Source: Harriotta raleighana
Taxonomy: Eukaryota
Direction of reading: 5' to 3'
NCBI GenBank assembly: GCA_050575255.1
Contig: JBNZDD010013718.1
Span: forward strand, 3,529,098-3,593,097
Length of the DNA: 64,000 nucleotides
A model generated the notes under the pieces. It did no database searches. It was not told the DNA's origin and saw only the letters and a program-made list of their open reading frames with translations. Below are positions 38,246 to 48,840 of the stretch, in pieces (positions within the stretch are counted from its first letter, which is position 1; each line of letters starts with the position of its first letter). The translations under genes were made by a program, and so were the position numbers.

Positions 38246-39544
38246 AAAGCCAGAGGAAAGAAAAAGTTTTCATATTACCTCTACAAGTTATATTATTATA
38301 TCTTTCCTTGTGCTTTACAATGGCATAGCAGCTATCCACATTAATTAAACCCTTGTAGTGCCCATATTCCTTTATCAAAGACTGTTTATGCTTTAGTTGT
38401 GAATTCTCCTAAACATACACGTAATTCACTGATTCCTTTATGTTCCTTTTAAGTGAACGCTGCATTTTTGTCAATAAATGTTGTCATTCATTTAGGAAAG
38501 AAAATTGGCTTCATCTGAGGTCTCTATCAGAGTTCCAACAAATCAGGTTAATTGGTGATCAACAGTGTCTTTCTGTCTTTAATGAGGCAGCATAGCCCAA
38601 GGCAAAAGACCCATCCCTTGATGAGAGACTTTTCTCTTTCCTTCTCTGAGCTCTTTGATCACTTCTGGTTTGAGACAACTGTAGGGAATGGCATTGTTTT
38701 TAATTGCCTTATTACTAAATGGACTAGATAATGTATAGGCGCGTATAATTAATAAAATTTGTATAGGTTATTACCACTAACAAGACTCATTAGGATCAGG
38801 TGGCTTCTGTCTTTAGATTTCATGTCTCGAACTCCTTTGAATCTGTGACTAAACCCATTTTTTTGTGGAAAGCATTTCTAAAAGTTAAATAATTTCCATA
38901 ATCATTTTATTCTTTTGCAAAATCCAATTATAATTTTGATTACGGGATTATTTTTGTGCTAATAAACAGCACCAAATATTCTTGTCGTTAATGCACAAAT
39001 TACATTAATATGCCGATACAGGTATCAGCACATATGATCACCCAAGCAAATTAAATTGCTTATATTGCTGCACCAGACCCACAGATTACAATCTTCAGTG
39101 CCTTTCTCATTAACTTTTATGTATCCTTAACCCACAGACTCCTAAGAAATCTGCGGAGACGTCCGTCTCTCAGGGCCAGCCAGTTTTGTACATTTTCACT
39201 GCACTGCAATGCTGAAAAGAAACAATATCGCAGTAATGAAGCCACTCAAACATTTGAATTGCTTTACTTCTATAATTGTAATCTTAACCTAATAAAATAA
39301 ATACAAAAGATGAATTTGAATAACAATAATGCATTGTAAATGCAACGTTGTCTTTGAAGGCCATGCTCATTTGCCCTTCCAGTCTCTCCCCTTCCCCTTT
39401 CTACCTCTGTCCTTTTTTAATTGAAATGCTAAGCTATATTCCACCCACGTTATTTCTTTTGTGCGGATTCGAACCGTTACTTTTTGAATCATTTCTAACT
39501 TTGAAATCTGTTCATTACCTTGCTTACCGTCTACATGGTAAGAT

Positions 39545-39850
39545 GAGACAGTGACAGTTTGAAAATGATTTTATTTGCATTAACTGACAGGCTGGATTTG
39601 CTGCCAATGAGCAGGCAGAAAATTGATCAATGACAGGGTCACATCAATGACTAGGATGCAATTTTCCCTTATAAAAGAGGTGGTGGGAGCCAAAGATCTG
39701 TGAACACATCGTTGGATCCTGATGTCCGTCAGCGCCAGATCTGCAAACATGTCCGTAGCACTTTAAGGGTTAAGTGATGTATGAGACAATGAATGAGCTT
39801 TCATTTTTCCCAAATTGGCACAGATTATTTTTACTGAATTACAGGAGAGG
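39545..39850 (+). promoter_or_regulatory. Candidate promoter/enhancer: MEIS x3, octamer, CCAAT, TATA
   Basis: TGACAG 39552, 39585, 39631; ATTTGCAT 39573-39580; CCAAT 39604-39608; TATAAAAG 39670-39677; local CpG retention. Confidence 0.5.
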
Positions 39851-40434
39851 GAGAAAAAAAATTCGGGGCGGTGGGAGGTGAGGGGGAGGGGGGAAACGTT
39901 TTGATCAAAATTTCTTTTGTGTGTATTTTTCGGGCTGTAACTCTAAAATTATAAAAGTAACAATGATATTTTCAGTCCAGTCTCCTCAGTAGAAACATCC
40001 CATATTTCTTAAAGTTTCCTGCAAATTCATCATAATGATCATCATAATACCTTACAAACTTTTTTTAAAAAACAAATCTTGGGAAAAGTGAAGGTTGCAT
40101 CTTTGCTATTGCTCCGTTCTTATTTGACTGAATTTATTTTTACATTATGAATAATTTGCATTAATGAACACTAAATGAAAGATAGCCCTATCGAACATAC
40201 CTCTTGCACTGTTGCTATGGAAGTATATTTTTCGGTTTAGTAACCTACGCAGGTGAATATTAGTTCATAAATCTTTTTATTTTAGTTGACAGTGTACCAT
40301 CATTTTCTTTTTGAGAGTATTTGTGCTCATATAAAAATTGTGCTAATATTATGCTTGTGTCAATACTGTATAACAAAGCCAGAAAAGACTCGAAGCTTCT
40401 GTTTCTTCTGCCTTCCTGCATATGTCACAAAGGG

Positions 40435-40645
40435 AAGAGTGTTTCTCCCAGTTTCCTGGCCAATGATCCCCCAAATAAAATTGGTCATTTACTTCATGGT
40501 TAACTGTGAGGTATTGGAGTGCACAAGTTAGCAGCTGTGTTTGTCCACAAAATACAGTCACTCCACTTTACAATTTATACTTTGAGGTGCTTTGAGATGT
40601 CCTACTGAAGTGAAAGTTGCTGTATCAAATGTAAACTTATTATTA
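40435..40645 (+). mobile_element. Decayed Deu-SINE 3' half
   Basis: ttctcccagtttcctggccaat...gtgcacaagttagcagctgtgtttg...gtgctttgagatgtcc...gtgaaagttgctgtatcaaatg. Confidence 0.8.
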
Positions 40646-42907
40646 TATCACACAGTGTATAAATTTCCCAAGAACCAAGGCCAGGTTTTTATAATTATAG
40701 CACAGAGATACTCACTCACTGGACCCTTTTCAATAAACAATGATCACCAACTGACAATGTCATCAACAGTATAATGATAAAAATTGTATGCATCTGTGCA
40801 CACTAACCCACTCTGCACAATGAAAATAACTCTGCGACAGACCTAAATGACACTCATTACATGAAGAATTCTAACTGCACCATGCAAAATAATGGATTTG
40901 ATAGCATATCTATTCTCTGTTCAAACAAAGTATGTCAACATCGGTATTATTGCATTATCGTGAGAAATGAAAAATATTTCATTGGGTTGTGACAAGATCA
41001 GACCCAGAACCATGCTGGCACATGTACACCCTAAATGAATTTCTTACGTCTACGTTTTCCTATCCCTTCATTTCTCAGTAAGTTCTTGCTTCTCTTTACC
41101 GCTTGCCTGAATTACTTCTTTATTCTTTATTTATATGCTGATGTGTCATGTTGTTCTTCAGAAGGTCAGTGCTACAATTTTCTTGCCGTTTCAGTCCCCA
41201 GGGCCACCATTTCCCTTCCACGAGGCTGCCACCACTGTTATTTTTTGTTTTTGTATATTAGGTGGCATGACAACAGGGTGCAACCGGGGGCAACTCTAAT
41301 GAGGACAGGCTTCTTATGAAATTGACTCTGGTGGTTGCTGAGAGTACAAAAAGGCCTGGAGAATTTATGCTGGGGTGACAAGGGCAAACCCGGAGACTTC
41401 CCATTGCCTAAGGCGTGCTCCAACAGCCCTGTTTCAGCAGGTGATAGTTAAGTCTGCATTTGAACTTCAGTTTTCAAGGAACAGGCAATAACATTGTCTT
41501 GAAAAGAGTTTCGGAGAAAAGAGAACTGAAGTAGAAAGCTTCTCTGCTTATATGCTGTAGAGGCATTTAAGATTTAATATAGAATGTTTAAGTGCAACTC
41601 TCGCAGCTATTATGCTTGTATGGATTAAACATAGAGGTTTAAGTACTGTAGTCTCTTCTGTTTCTTTTACAGTCTTAATCCAAGGAACTGTTTTTCTTTC
41701 CAGTCATTATCCAGCAATATTGCTGAAGATGTCCTCTGTCGTGAAGTAGGTCTTTCTCATACAGTACAATAGACTTAATGACTATGGACGACACTGAATC
41801 TGGGAATAAGAGATGATATTTCTTAGTAGACTGTCAAACAAGGTTGCAATCTGTGCCATCATTATGTGGTTGCAACCTTTTGTTTTCCCCAAATACATTT
41901 CTCTCCTCTCCTGAAATTGGTGATTTACTCTGTGGAAAATAAAGTTTCTAATGGCTCATTGGGATTGCACCAAAGCAACTGTTGCATACCTACGAGTATC
42001 TCCGAACTATTCAATTGTGGGCAGTATATTGTATCAAAATCCTGTCTTCATTCATGTCCACCAATGCACACTTCCAGAAAGAGTAACTTGATAACTTTCA
42101 GAAATAGGAAGAGGTGGCAATTTCCATCTCAACTCCAGGCTCACTGAAGCTAACCACAGCAAACTCACCCCAATCTGTTGACCGAAATCTGCAGGCTCTG
42201 CAGACAGATCAAACCTCTCTAAACAGTAAGGCTCAATCTAGTACTGGTACTGTGTTATAGATTTCATCACCTATAGAAATTTATAGAATATCAATATTTC
42301 TAACTTTAATAGCCTATTGTTTTGGGAAGCTTTCTCAGTTTTTTCTCTCCAATATTTCTGCTCCAATTTCCTCAGAGCTAAAGGTAATGCTGAATTGAGA
42401 TAATTTAATCGTTGGTCCATTGTTTTGCCCTGTTTACTAACATCTAAAATTTTAGCTAAAATCAGCAAAGCTGGTAAAGTTAGTTCCATGATCCTTTGAC
42501 TTGCTGAGGGATTCAGTTCGAAGAAGGATGATGTTTCGCAATTGAAACCAAGCCAGTTTGTTCTTGTGCAGAATATTCCTTTCAAATCACCAACCAAAGG
42601 CAAATCCAGTGGAGGTCAAACTTACTAACTGGTGCTTCTCTTCATTCAAACTCCTTTTGATCCAAGCACAAACCAGTTCTCTGTTTCCCTTCCCCCCTCA
42701 ACCTCCCATGATGTCAAAAATCAATAACTCATAGTTGAGAGAGTGAGTCAGACATACAGATAGACAGAATAGCACTCTTTCAATTGCCTCCACATCTCAG
42801 TCACCCATCACAAGCCTCACTCTCCCACAGCTACATTGAAAATTCACTTATATTAATGAGCAGAGTTAAGACATCAAATTGGCGAGAAGGATTACTGCAG
42901 ATTACTC

Positions 42908-43053
42908 ACCGCCTTGGGTCATCCTCCCGACGTGAAAGGTGCTCTATAAATGTAATTTTGTTGTTGTTGCAGACATCGCAAAACTCAACTTAAAGCNGAA
43001 AGGTGCTCTATAAATGTAATTTTGTTGTTGTTGCAGACATCGCAAAACTCAAC
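42908..43053 (+). mobile_element. Short young SINE/L2 tail, partly duplicated across an N
   Basis: cgccttgggtcatcctcccgacgtgaaaggtgctctataaatgtaattttgttgttgttg. Positions 42934-42989 are repeated exactly at 42998-43053 around N 42997. Confidence 0.85.
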
Positions 43054-43529
43054 AAGGAATCTTCTTTCTACTAAATTATATATATATGATCCACATTATA
43101 TTGATACCAATAAACTACAGATTTAAAAAGTAGTGTATCCTATGCAATATTATTTTCTCCCAAGGTTGAAACATACTACATTTCTAAAAGTTTTTATTTG
43201 ACTTATCAGAGACTTTTTTCTTTTGGTCAGCGAGGTTTCCTGACGAAGGTGGAAATACCTCACAGTGCTTAAGAGTACAGTAAACATCTTACTCTGGGTA
43301 TCCAGAATTTGTTGAATTGGTTAGCATTTGGTTGTTTGAAGTCACATTGTTGGTCCTGTTGAAGAAATAGCTTGTTGTTTGAATAAAAATAATTGTTGCA
43401 CTCGACATTGTGCCTGGCTATACTTTGGGGGCGAATATGGCATCAAATTTGTGCACAGCAATATCCTACACCCATGATCAATTTACTTCACTTAGCAGAT
43501 TTGATGGCCAAGACATAGGCTCTTCTTAC

Positions 43530-43620
43530 AACACGAAGATGGTCGGGTTGGTATCCAGAAACAATTAGATCAAATGGACCAAAAGATTTTCTTCGACTGA
43601 ACCTCTCTTGTGATCTTATG
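43530..43620 (+). mobile_element. Possible CR1 3' tail relic
   Basis: tagatcaaatggaccaaaagattttcttcg...tcttgtgatcttatg resembles a CR1 terminal repeat region. Confidence 0.4.
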
Positions 43621-44564
43621 AGCTCTGTGTATCTACATATCTGGAAGAGGCCTCTAACTTTGTAAGAAGATTTCAAGCAACATGAACACTTTAATTATCC
43701 TTCAATTTTGCACAGTTGATTAATCTTTCAATGAAAAGATTAAGAAACGATGAACTGAACATGCAAGTGAGGTGAGTGCCCCACTCTAATTCCGATGTGA
43801 AATATTCTTGAATAATGACATTCTCAATTTCAATCTCATGCGTTAAAGTAATTTTTTGGACAAAAAATTGATTGTGATTTGATATATTTGGCATTAAAAC
43901 AGCTTATTATTCATCCAGTTTTTCTCAGTTTTTATCACTGTTAACACCGTCTCTTGCCCAGGAAAAGCTTATAGAGAAGTAAATGGCTTTTTTTCTGACA
44001 AAAGTCTCCCTGTGAAAGAAAAGGGTTAAAAGCATTATCTTAAGTGCATTTAATCATTGTTGACATACTGTAATTTTTTCGGGCATCAAAATACAGATGA
44101 TTTTCTTCTGCTTTGCAAAACATTAAAATATAGTGGCTGAATAATTTATTCTCGTCTAATTCCGTATGTCAATTTTTACATCTCTTTAGCCAACCTTTCC
44201 TGAACCAGTGACTGTTTGTGTGCTAAGTGGTATTTTTGGATGTGAACTTGAATTGTCTCAAAAGTGTCAGTTTAGCTCCAACATTTTTAGAGTCTTCACT
44301 GATCGACAATGCACTGGACAATGCCATAGGATCACACAAAGCTGCACACTTGTTACTTTAAATCCTGAGCTGATTATTCAGATGGATGTACTGCACACTT
44401 GTCTGTTTTATATAGTAGAGATAAAATTCACCAAGTGAAACCGTTTTAGGAGTTATTTCCAGACCAGATTATGAATAGCAGAGTTGTTTTTAAGATGATG
44501 CAACATAAATTTTGTCTACCCCTGGAATGGCTAGAATAAATAACTGTGTTGATTTGGCAGAATT

Positions 44565-44690
44565 ATAATAATAATAATAATCCTTGCACTTGATATAATG
44601 CCTTGGTGCCTTATCCTGTCATCAAAACATCTCAAAGTACTTCACAGGATATGACTGTAAAGTGTAGTGACTGTGTATTTGCAGGCACCT
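44565..44690 (-). mobile_element. SINE 3' tail
   Basis: (aat)n ccttgcacttgatataatgcc...acatctcaaagtacttcacagg...gtagtgactgtg. Confidence 0.8.
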
Positions 44691-45584
44691 TGCCTTCTGT
44701 TCCTGATTTCTTTACTTCTCAGAGGAGGGTTGCAACATGACCTCGCGCCCATAAGACACAGTTCATTTACTACCCTCAGTGTTCCAGTCAAATATTTATA
44801 GAATGGATTGAAATAAATATATATAGCATATTTCCATTTACATTTTGGTCTCAATATGAGCTGAAGCATTGGGTTGGACATTCAGTCCCCACTTTGCTGC
44901 TGTCAATATTCAGATTATGACATATAGAACTGAAACATTGCAGAAAATAGACACTGAAGTATTCTCAATCAGGGCTGCACCTTTTGTGTTCTGGCATGAT
45001 ATGCATGTGCATAAACAATAGAAAAAAAATCAAAATCCTTTTTGTCTCTGCACTATTAACAAATCCAACAGACTTGGTAACAGCAAATAAATGCATCAGT
45101 GAAGCAACGGCAGTAAAGGCACTACACAGCAGATAACTCACTATCCTTTCAATGTGATGGAGAAAATGCCTCATTGGTGAAATGAATATTAATCAGTAAA
45201 TTAATCTTCTGTATCCTCTGGCAATATTATCTTCAGAATGTGCTACCAGCTAAACATGTGCAGTACATAAGGCAAGATAAAAGATCCTCAGTCGCTATCT
45301 AAGAATAACTCTTATCAAGAACTTTTTGAATAATTGATCTCAGAACAAATATTCCCTCCAAAGAAACATCGCAATCCAAATGCCACTAAATGCTTCACTA
45401 TCATTTCATGTTTGGCAAGATCTTAACTGTGTTTACAGAAGCCCCAGGACTTTGCCTTAAATACAAGTTTGCTTTTAATAGTTGTTAGAGCTCATTAGTA
45501 AAACTGAAATTGGCAAATAAACAGAATTTTATAATATGCCTTGATCCCTTCGCTTTTGAGTTGGTTTCAGGAGCAGTCTCGCCA

Positions 45585-46020
45585 TTTTAGCACTCTCACC
45601 AATGAATTACAAGGTTGCTACTCCAAGTCCTGGGCCAAACCTTTCAGCTTTTGGTCTAGGCTGGCACAGCAGTGCAGTGCTGGGAGAGTGCCCCATTGTT
45701 TGAGGTGCCTTCCTTTGGATCAAGCGTTAAACTGTGGTTCCATCTGCCTGTTCAGGTGAATGTAAAGATTTCCTTGACACTACTGTATTTAAAATGAGAA
45801 GGGAGTTTTTTTATATAGTGTCCTGGTCACTCCCCTCCATTTCCCCCATAAGTGCAATTATTCATGCCTTGGCTTTGTCATGGGATATTGCTGTGTACAA
45901 ATTGACTGTCACGTTCACCTACAAAAAATATGCAGTCACTACATTTTACAATAAATCATGTGAAGTACTTCAAGATATCTTGACAGTGGTAAGGCTATCA
46001 AATTTAAAGATTATTATAAT
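45585..46020 (+). mobile_element. Near full-length decayed Deu-domain SINE
   Basis: ctaggctggcacagcagtgcagtgctgggagagtgccccattgtttgaggtgccttcctttggatcaagcgttaaactgtgg..catctgcctgttcaggtgaatgtaaagat...tgtcctgg...tgggatattgctgtgtacaaattgactg, followed by the tail. Confidence 0.85.
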
Positions 46021-46584
46021 TTCCCCTCAATATACAGCATGGCATATCTTTTGGGAGTGGAGAATGTTTCACATTTTTGAAAATCCACTATTTCTCTTTC
46101 CCTTCATGTATGAAACATTTGATATTCCTTAGCATTAGAACGTGGATTTTCTCTGCAAAAACCAGAATATTGTACCGAACAATAGGACAAAGACTGGTTC
46201 TTTTATTAATAGCATTCATTAGAAAAATTGAGATTCTAACCGTTGTATTTTAATCATTCATGCTGAGCACCAAAGGTTTTAACTCTATTAGAGAGTTGGC
46301 CGCACTCCCAGATCTTTAATAACTTTAAAGATGAACTAGTATTTGGCATCCATATTGATGCATTGGACATGGGCTTAGGTGTGCATGAACAAAGCTCTAC
46401 CTTATTTTGACTGTGTACCAGGGTAAGAGCAATCAGAAACCTGGAGTACAACTGCAGTCTGCCAAATCCATATCGGTGAAGCCTACATGCAGCGGTGAAC
46501 CAGTGCCCTTATCTAGTATATCTAACTGTTGAATTAATGAATCAAGGAAGAAACTAGAAAAATTAGGAACTAAAATCTTTCTGT

Positions 46585-46638
46585 GTCGTTCTCCTAACGT
46601 GAATGGCGCTCTATAAATGCGATTTGGTTGTTGTTGTT
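46585..46638 (+). mobile_element. Short young SINE/L2 tail
   Basis: ctcctaacgtgaatggcgctctataaatgcgatttggttgttgttg. Confidence 0.8.
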
Positions 46639-47149
46639 TCTGCAGATGTGTTTAGTTAACCAGGAATGTTTAAATCAGTCACATTGAAAACAATTCAGTA
46701 CTGATAAGCTGTGTGGTCCATCCCAGCCTCAACCTAAAATAGCATCATGGCCTAAATTGATCCATAGGCAGGGTCAAGCTTAAATCCTGACGGAGCCCTC
46801 AACAGCTCAAAGTCCCCATGACCTATATGCACTTTCAGCAGGCATCCTCACCAGAAATGTCTCTTATTTTAACTCCAGCTTCAATGTCTCTTTTTAAATT
46901 TCAATGCGTTCTCGAAACCTTAATCAAGGTTCATACGTCCTTCTTTTACTGGTTTTACGGAAAAGCAGAATATAATTTGGGACATCAGTGAAATCAGGTG
47001 CAGTGAAAACTAATCTTGTGTTACTTTAAGTCTTAACAGTTTTAAAGGAACCAGTCTGTGTGAATGGAAAGGACTGTATCTTGTATCTAACAAGTTTTTG
47101 TTGTGTTTCGGGGCTGGCAGCTTTGTTTCGATAAAGGTGAATAATTCAA

Positions 47150-47410
47150 CAAATCAGATGAAGTGGGAACTCATTTCTTTGTAGGGACTCCTGGATGTGC
47201 CGCTCCTTCTTTACCACAACTGTGTTGCCTCCGAAGATAGAAAGCACTCTGTCTACCAGTGATCTGATGACCCCAGTCTTTACTGTGCGATGATGATGAT
47301 TGGATTGAAAATGCAAATAACAGTCACTATGTGTGCATTTGCTATAGACTCCAAGTTCCAACAAACAAATGTTTCCTTTATTCACAGCTATAAGGAATGT
47401 CTTGTCAGGA
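47150..47410 (-). mobile_element. Penelope-like retroelement RT C-terminal fragment
   Basis: ORF 47146-47433 contains GVYSKCTHSDCYLHFQSNHH..VKTGVIRSLVDRV...LQRNEFP, matching the PLE motif VYRKPTHTD.YL.F.S.HP..K.GVI..L..RA...L..NGYP. Confidence 0.8.
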
Positions 47411-47839
47411 AAGCCTGAATGATTAAAATACAACAGTGGGAATCTCAGTTTTTCTAATGAATGTTATTAATAAAGGGATATGATTTGCTCTATTGCTCAA
47501 TCCTGAAATACAAAAAAAGACATTCTACTGTTGAAGAATATCACGTTTCATACACTGTAGATGGTGAGGAAGCTGTAAGCAACAAAATTCAGCGGCTTAA
47601 ATTGAGGATCCATTAAGATGACAAACACAAACAATTTGCTAAATTTATAGCATATTGTATACAGATGGACAATATTTCTCCGTGTTGTGCTATATAAATC
47701 TTAGGTACAAAGAATAGAGTAAAATCTTTCAACCTTTTATGCTTGTGCAGTTAATGCTGGTTGATGTTCTGATGATTTATAGTGGGTACACAGGCACTTA
47801 TACCAGCAGCTTATTTATTTTCTACCTGAAGGTATGATC

Positions 47840-48481
47840 ATCAATACTGCACATCATCCTGATACTCAATCCCTCTGTTATCCAGCAGGAATCCGCTCAA
47901 AACTTGCTAGGTAGGCAAAGATAAGAGGACTAGTCTGACTTAAGCAGCTAAAACAAGATTTCCAGTTGCTCTGCAGCAGTTGAGAACTTGCAAATTAATC
48001 ATTTGATATTTAGGCAGACACAAGGCTAGAGAATGGAAGCATTGTCCACCTTCACCAAGATGCACGCCAAGGAGCAGAAGTCAACATGATTTGTCTTGTC
48101 TTGTCTTAATCCACAGTTTGTGCTGCACATTGGCTGCCAAATCGTTGCCAAAATTGTGTCAATTCACAAGCAAAGGTATAAATACCATACAACGTAAATG
48201 TAGGATTTGTTTTGACTAAACAAGTAATTATGAACCAAGGCATGAAAGATATCTTTGTTTCAGTCTGTGTCTCTTAAAGATCACAAACGGGAAAACAAAA
48301 ATGATAATCATTATCAGGTAAAAGTACTGTGCTTTCTCAACTGCTGGAGAGCAAACTGAAAATCTTATTTTAGCAGCTTAAGCCCAACTAGTCCTCTTAT
48401 CTTTGCCTACCTAGCAAGTTTTGAGTGGATTCCTGCTGGATAACAGAGGGATTGAGAATCAGAATGATGTGCAGTATTGAT
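47840..48481. repeat. Long inverted repeat (arms 47840-47986 and 48334-48481, 347-bp spacer)
   Basis: Hand alignment of the arms gives about 10 substitutions plus 1 indel in ~147 bp, with perfect runs of 30 and 39 bp. Confidence 0.95.
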
Positions 48482-48587
48482 CTCCCACCTGAAGACTTTC
48501 CTCTTCGACTGTTCTGATGACCACCTCCAGGCTTGGTGTTAGACTCCACACTGGAGTGGAGGAGGGCTACATAAGTGCAACTTGTTG
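48482..48587 (+). mobile_element. L2 LINE extreme 3' fragment
   Basis: cacctgaagactttcctcttcgactg (HLKTFLFD; compare cagctgaagaccttcctctttaactg at ~25260), ending ggagggctacataagtgcaacttgttg. Confidence 0.65.
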
Positions 48588-48594
48588 ATTCCAG

Positions 48595-48840
48595 GCAGGG
48601 GGAAACCTTGGGAAAGTTTCCTTACTCCACACGCCTGATAATAATCCCTCAAAAAACACAATAATCATTTGGTGACTCAATCCACAACTGTTTGTGGGAT
48701 ACTGCTGTCCGCAATTGGCTGCCGCATTTCACCCACATATATACAGTCAATTCAATTCATGTTATATTCTGTGAAGCGCTTTGAGACACCTAGAAGATGT
48801 GAAAAGTGCTGTATCAAATGCAAGGATTATTATTATTGTT
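48595..48840 (+). mobile_element. SINE 3' half with (ATT)n tail
   Basis: actgtttgtgggatactgctgtccgcaattggctgccgcatttc...gtgaagcgctttgagacacc...gtgaaaagtgctgtatcaaatgcaaggattattatt. Confidence 0.85.

Noticed and set aside
42934-43053. Perfect 56-bp direct duplication
   Set aside because: It straddles a single N (42997) and is most likely an unmerged contig overlap.
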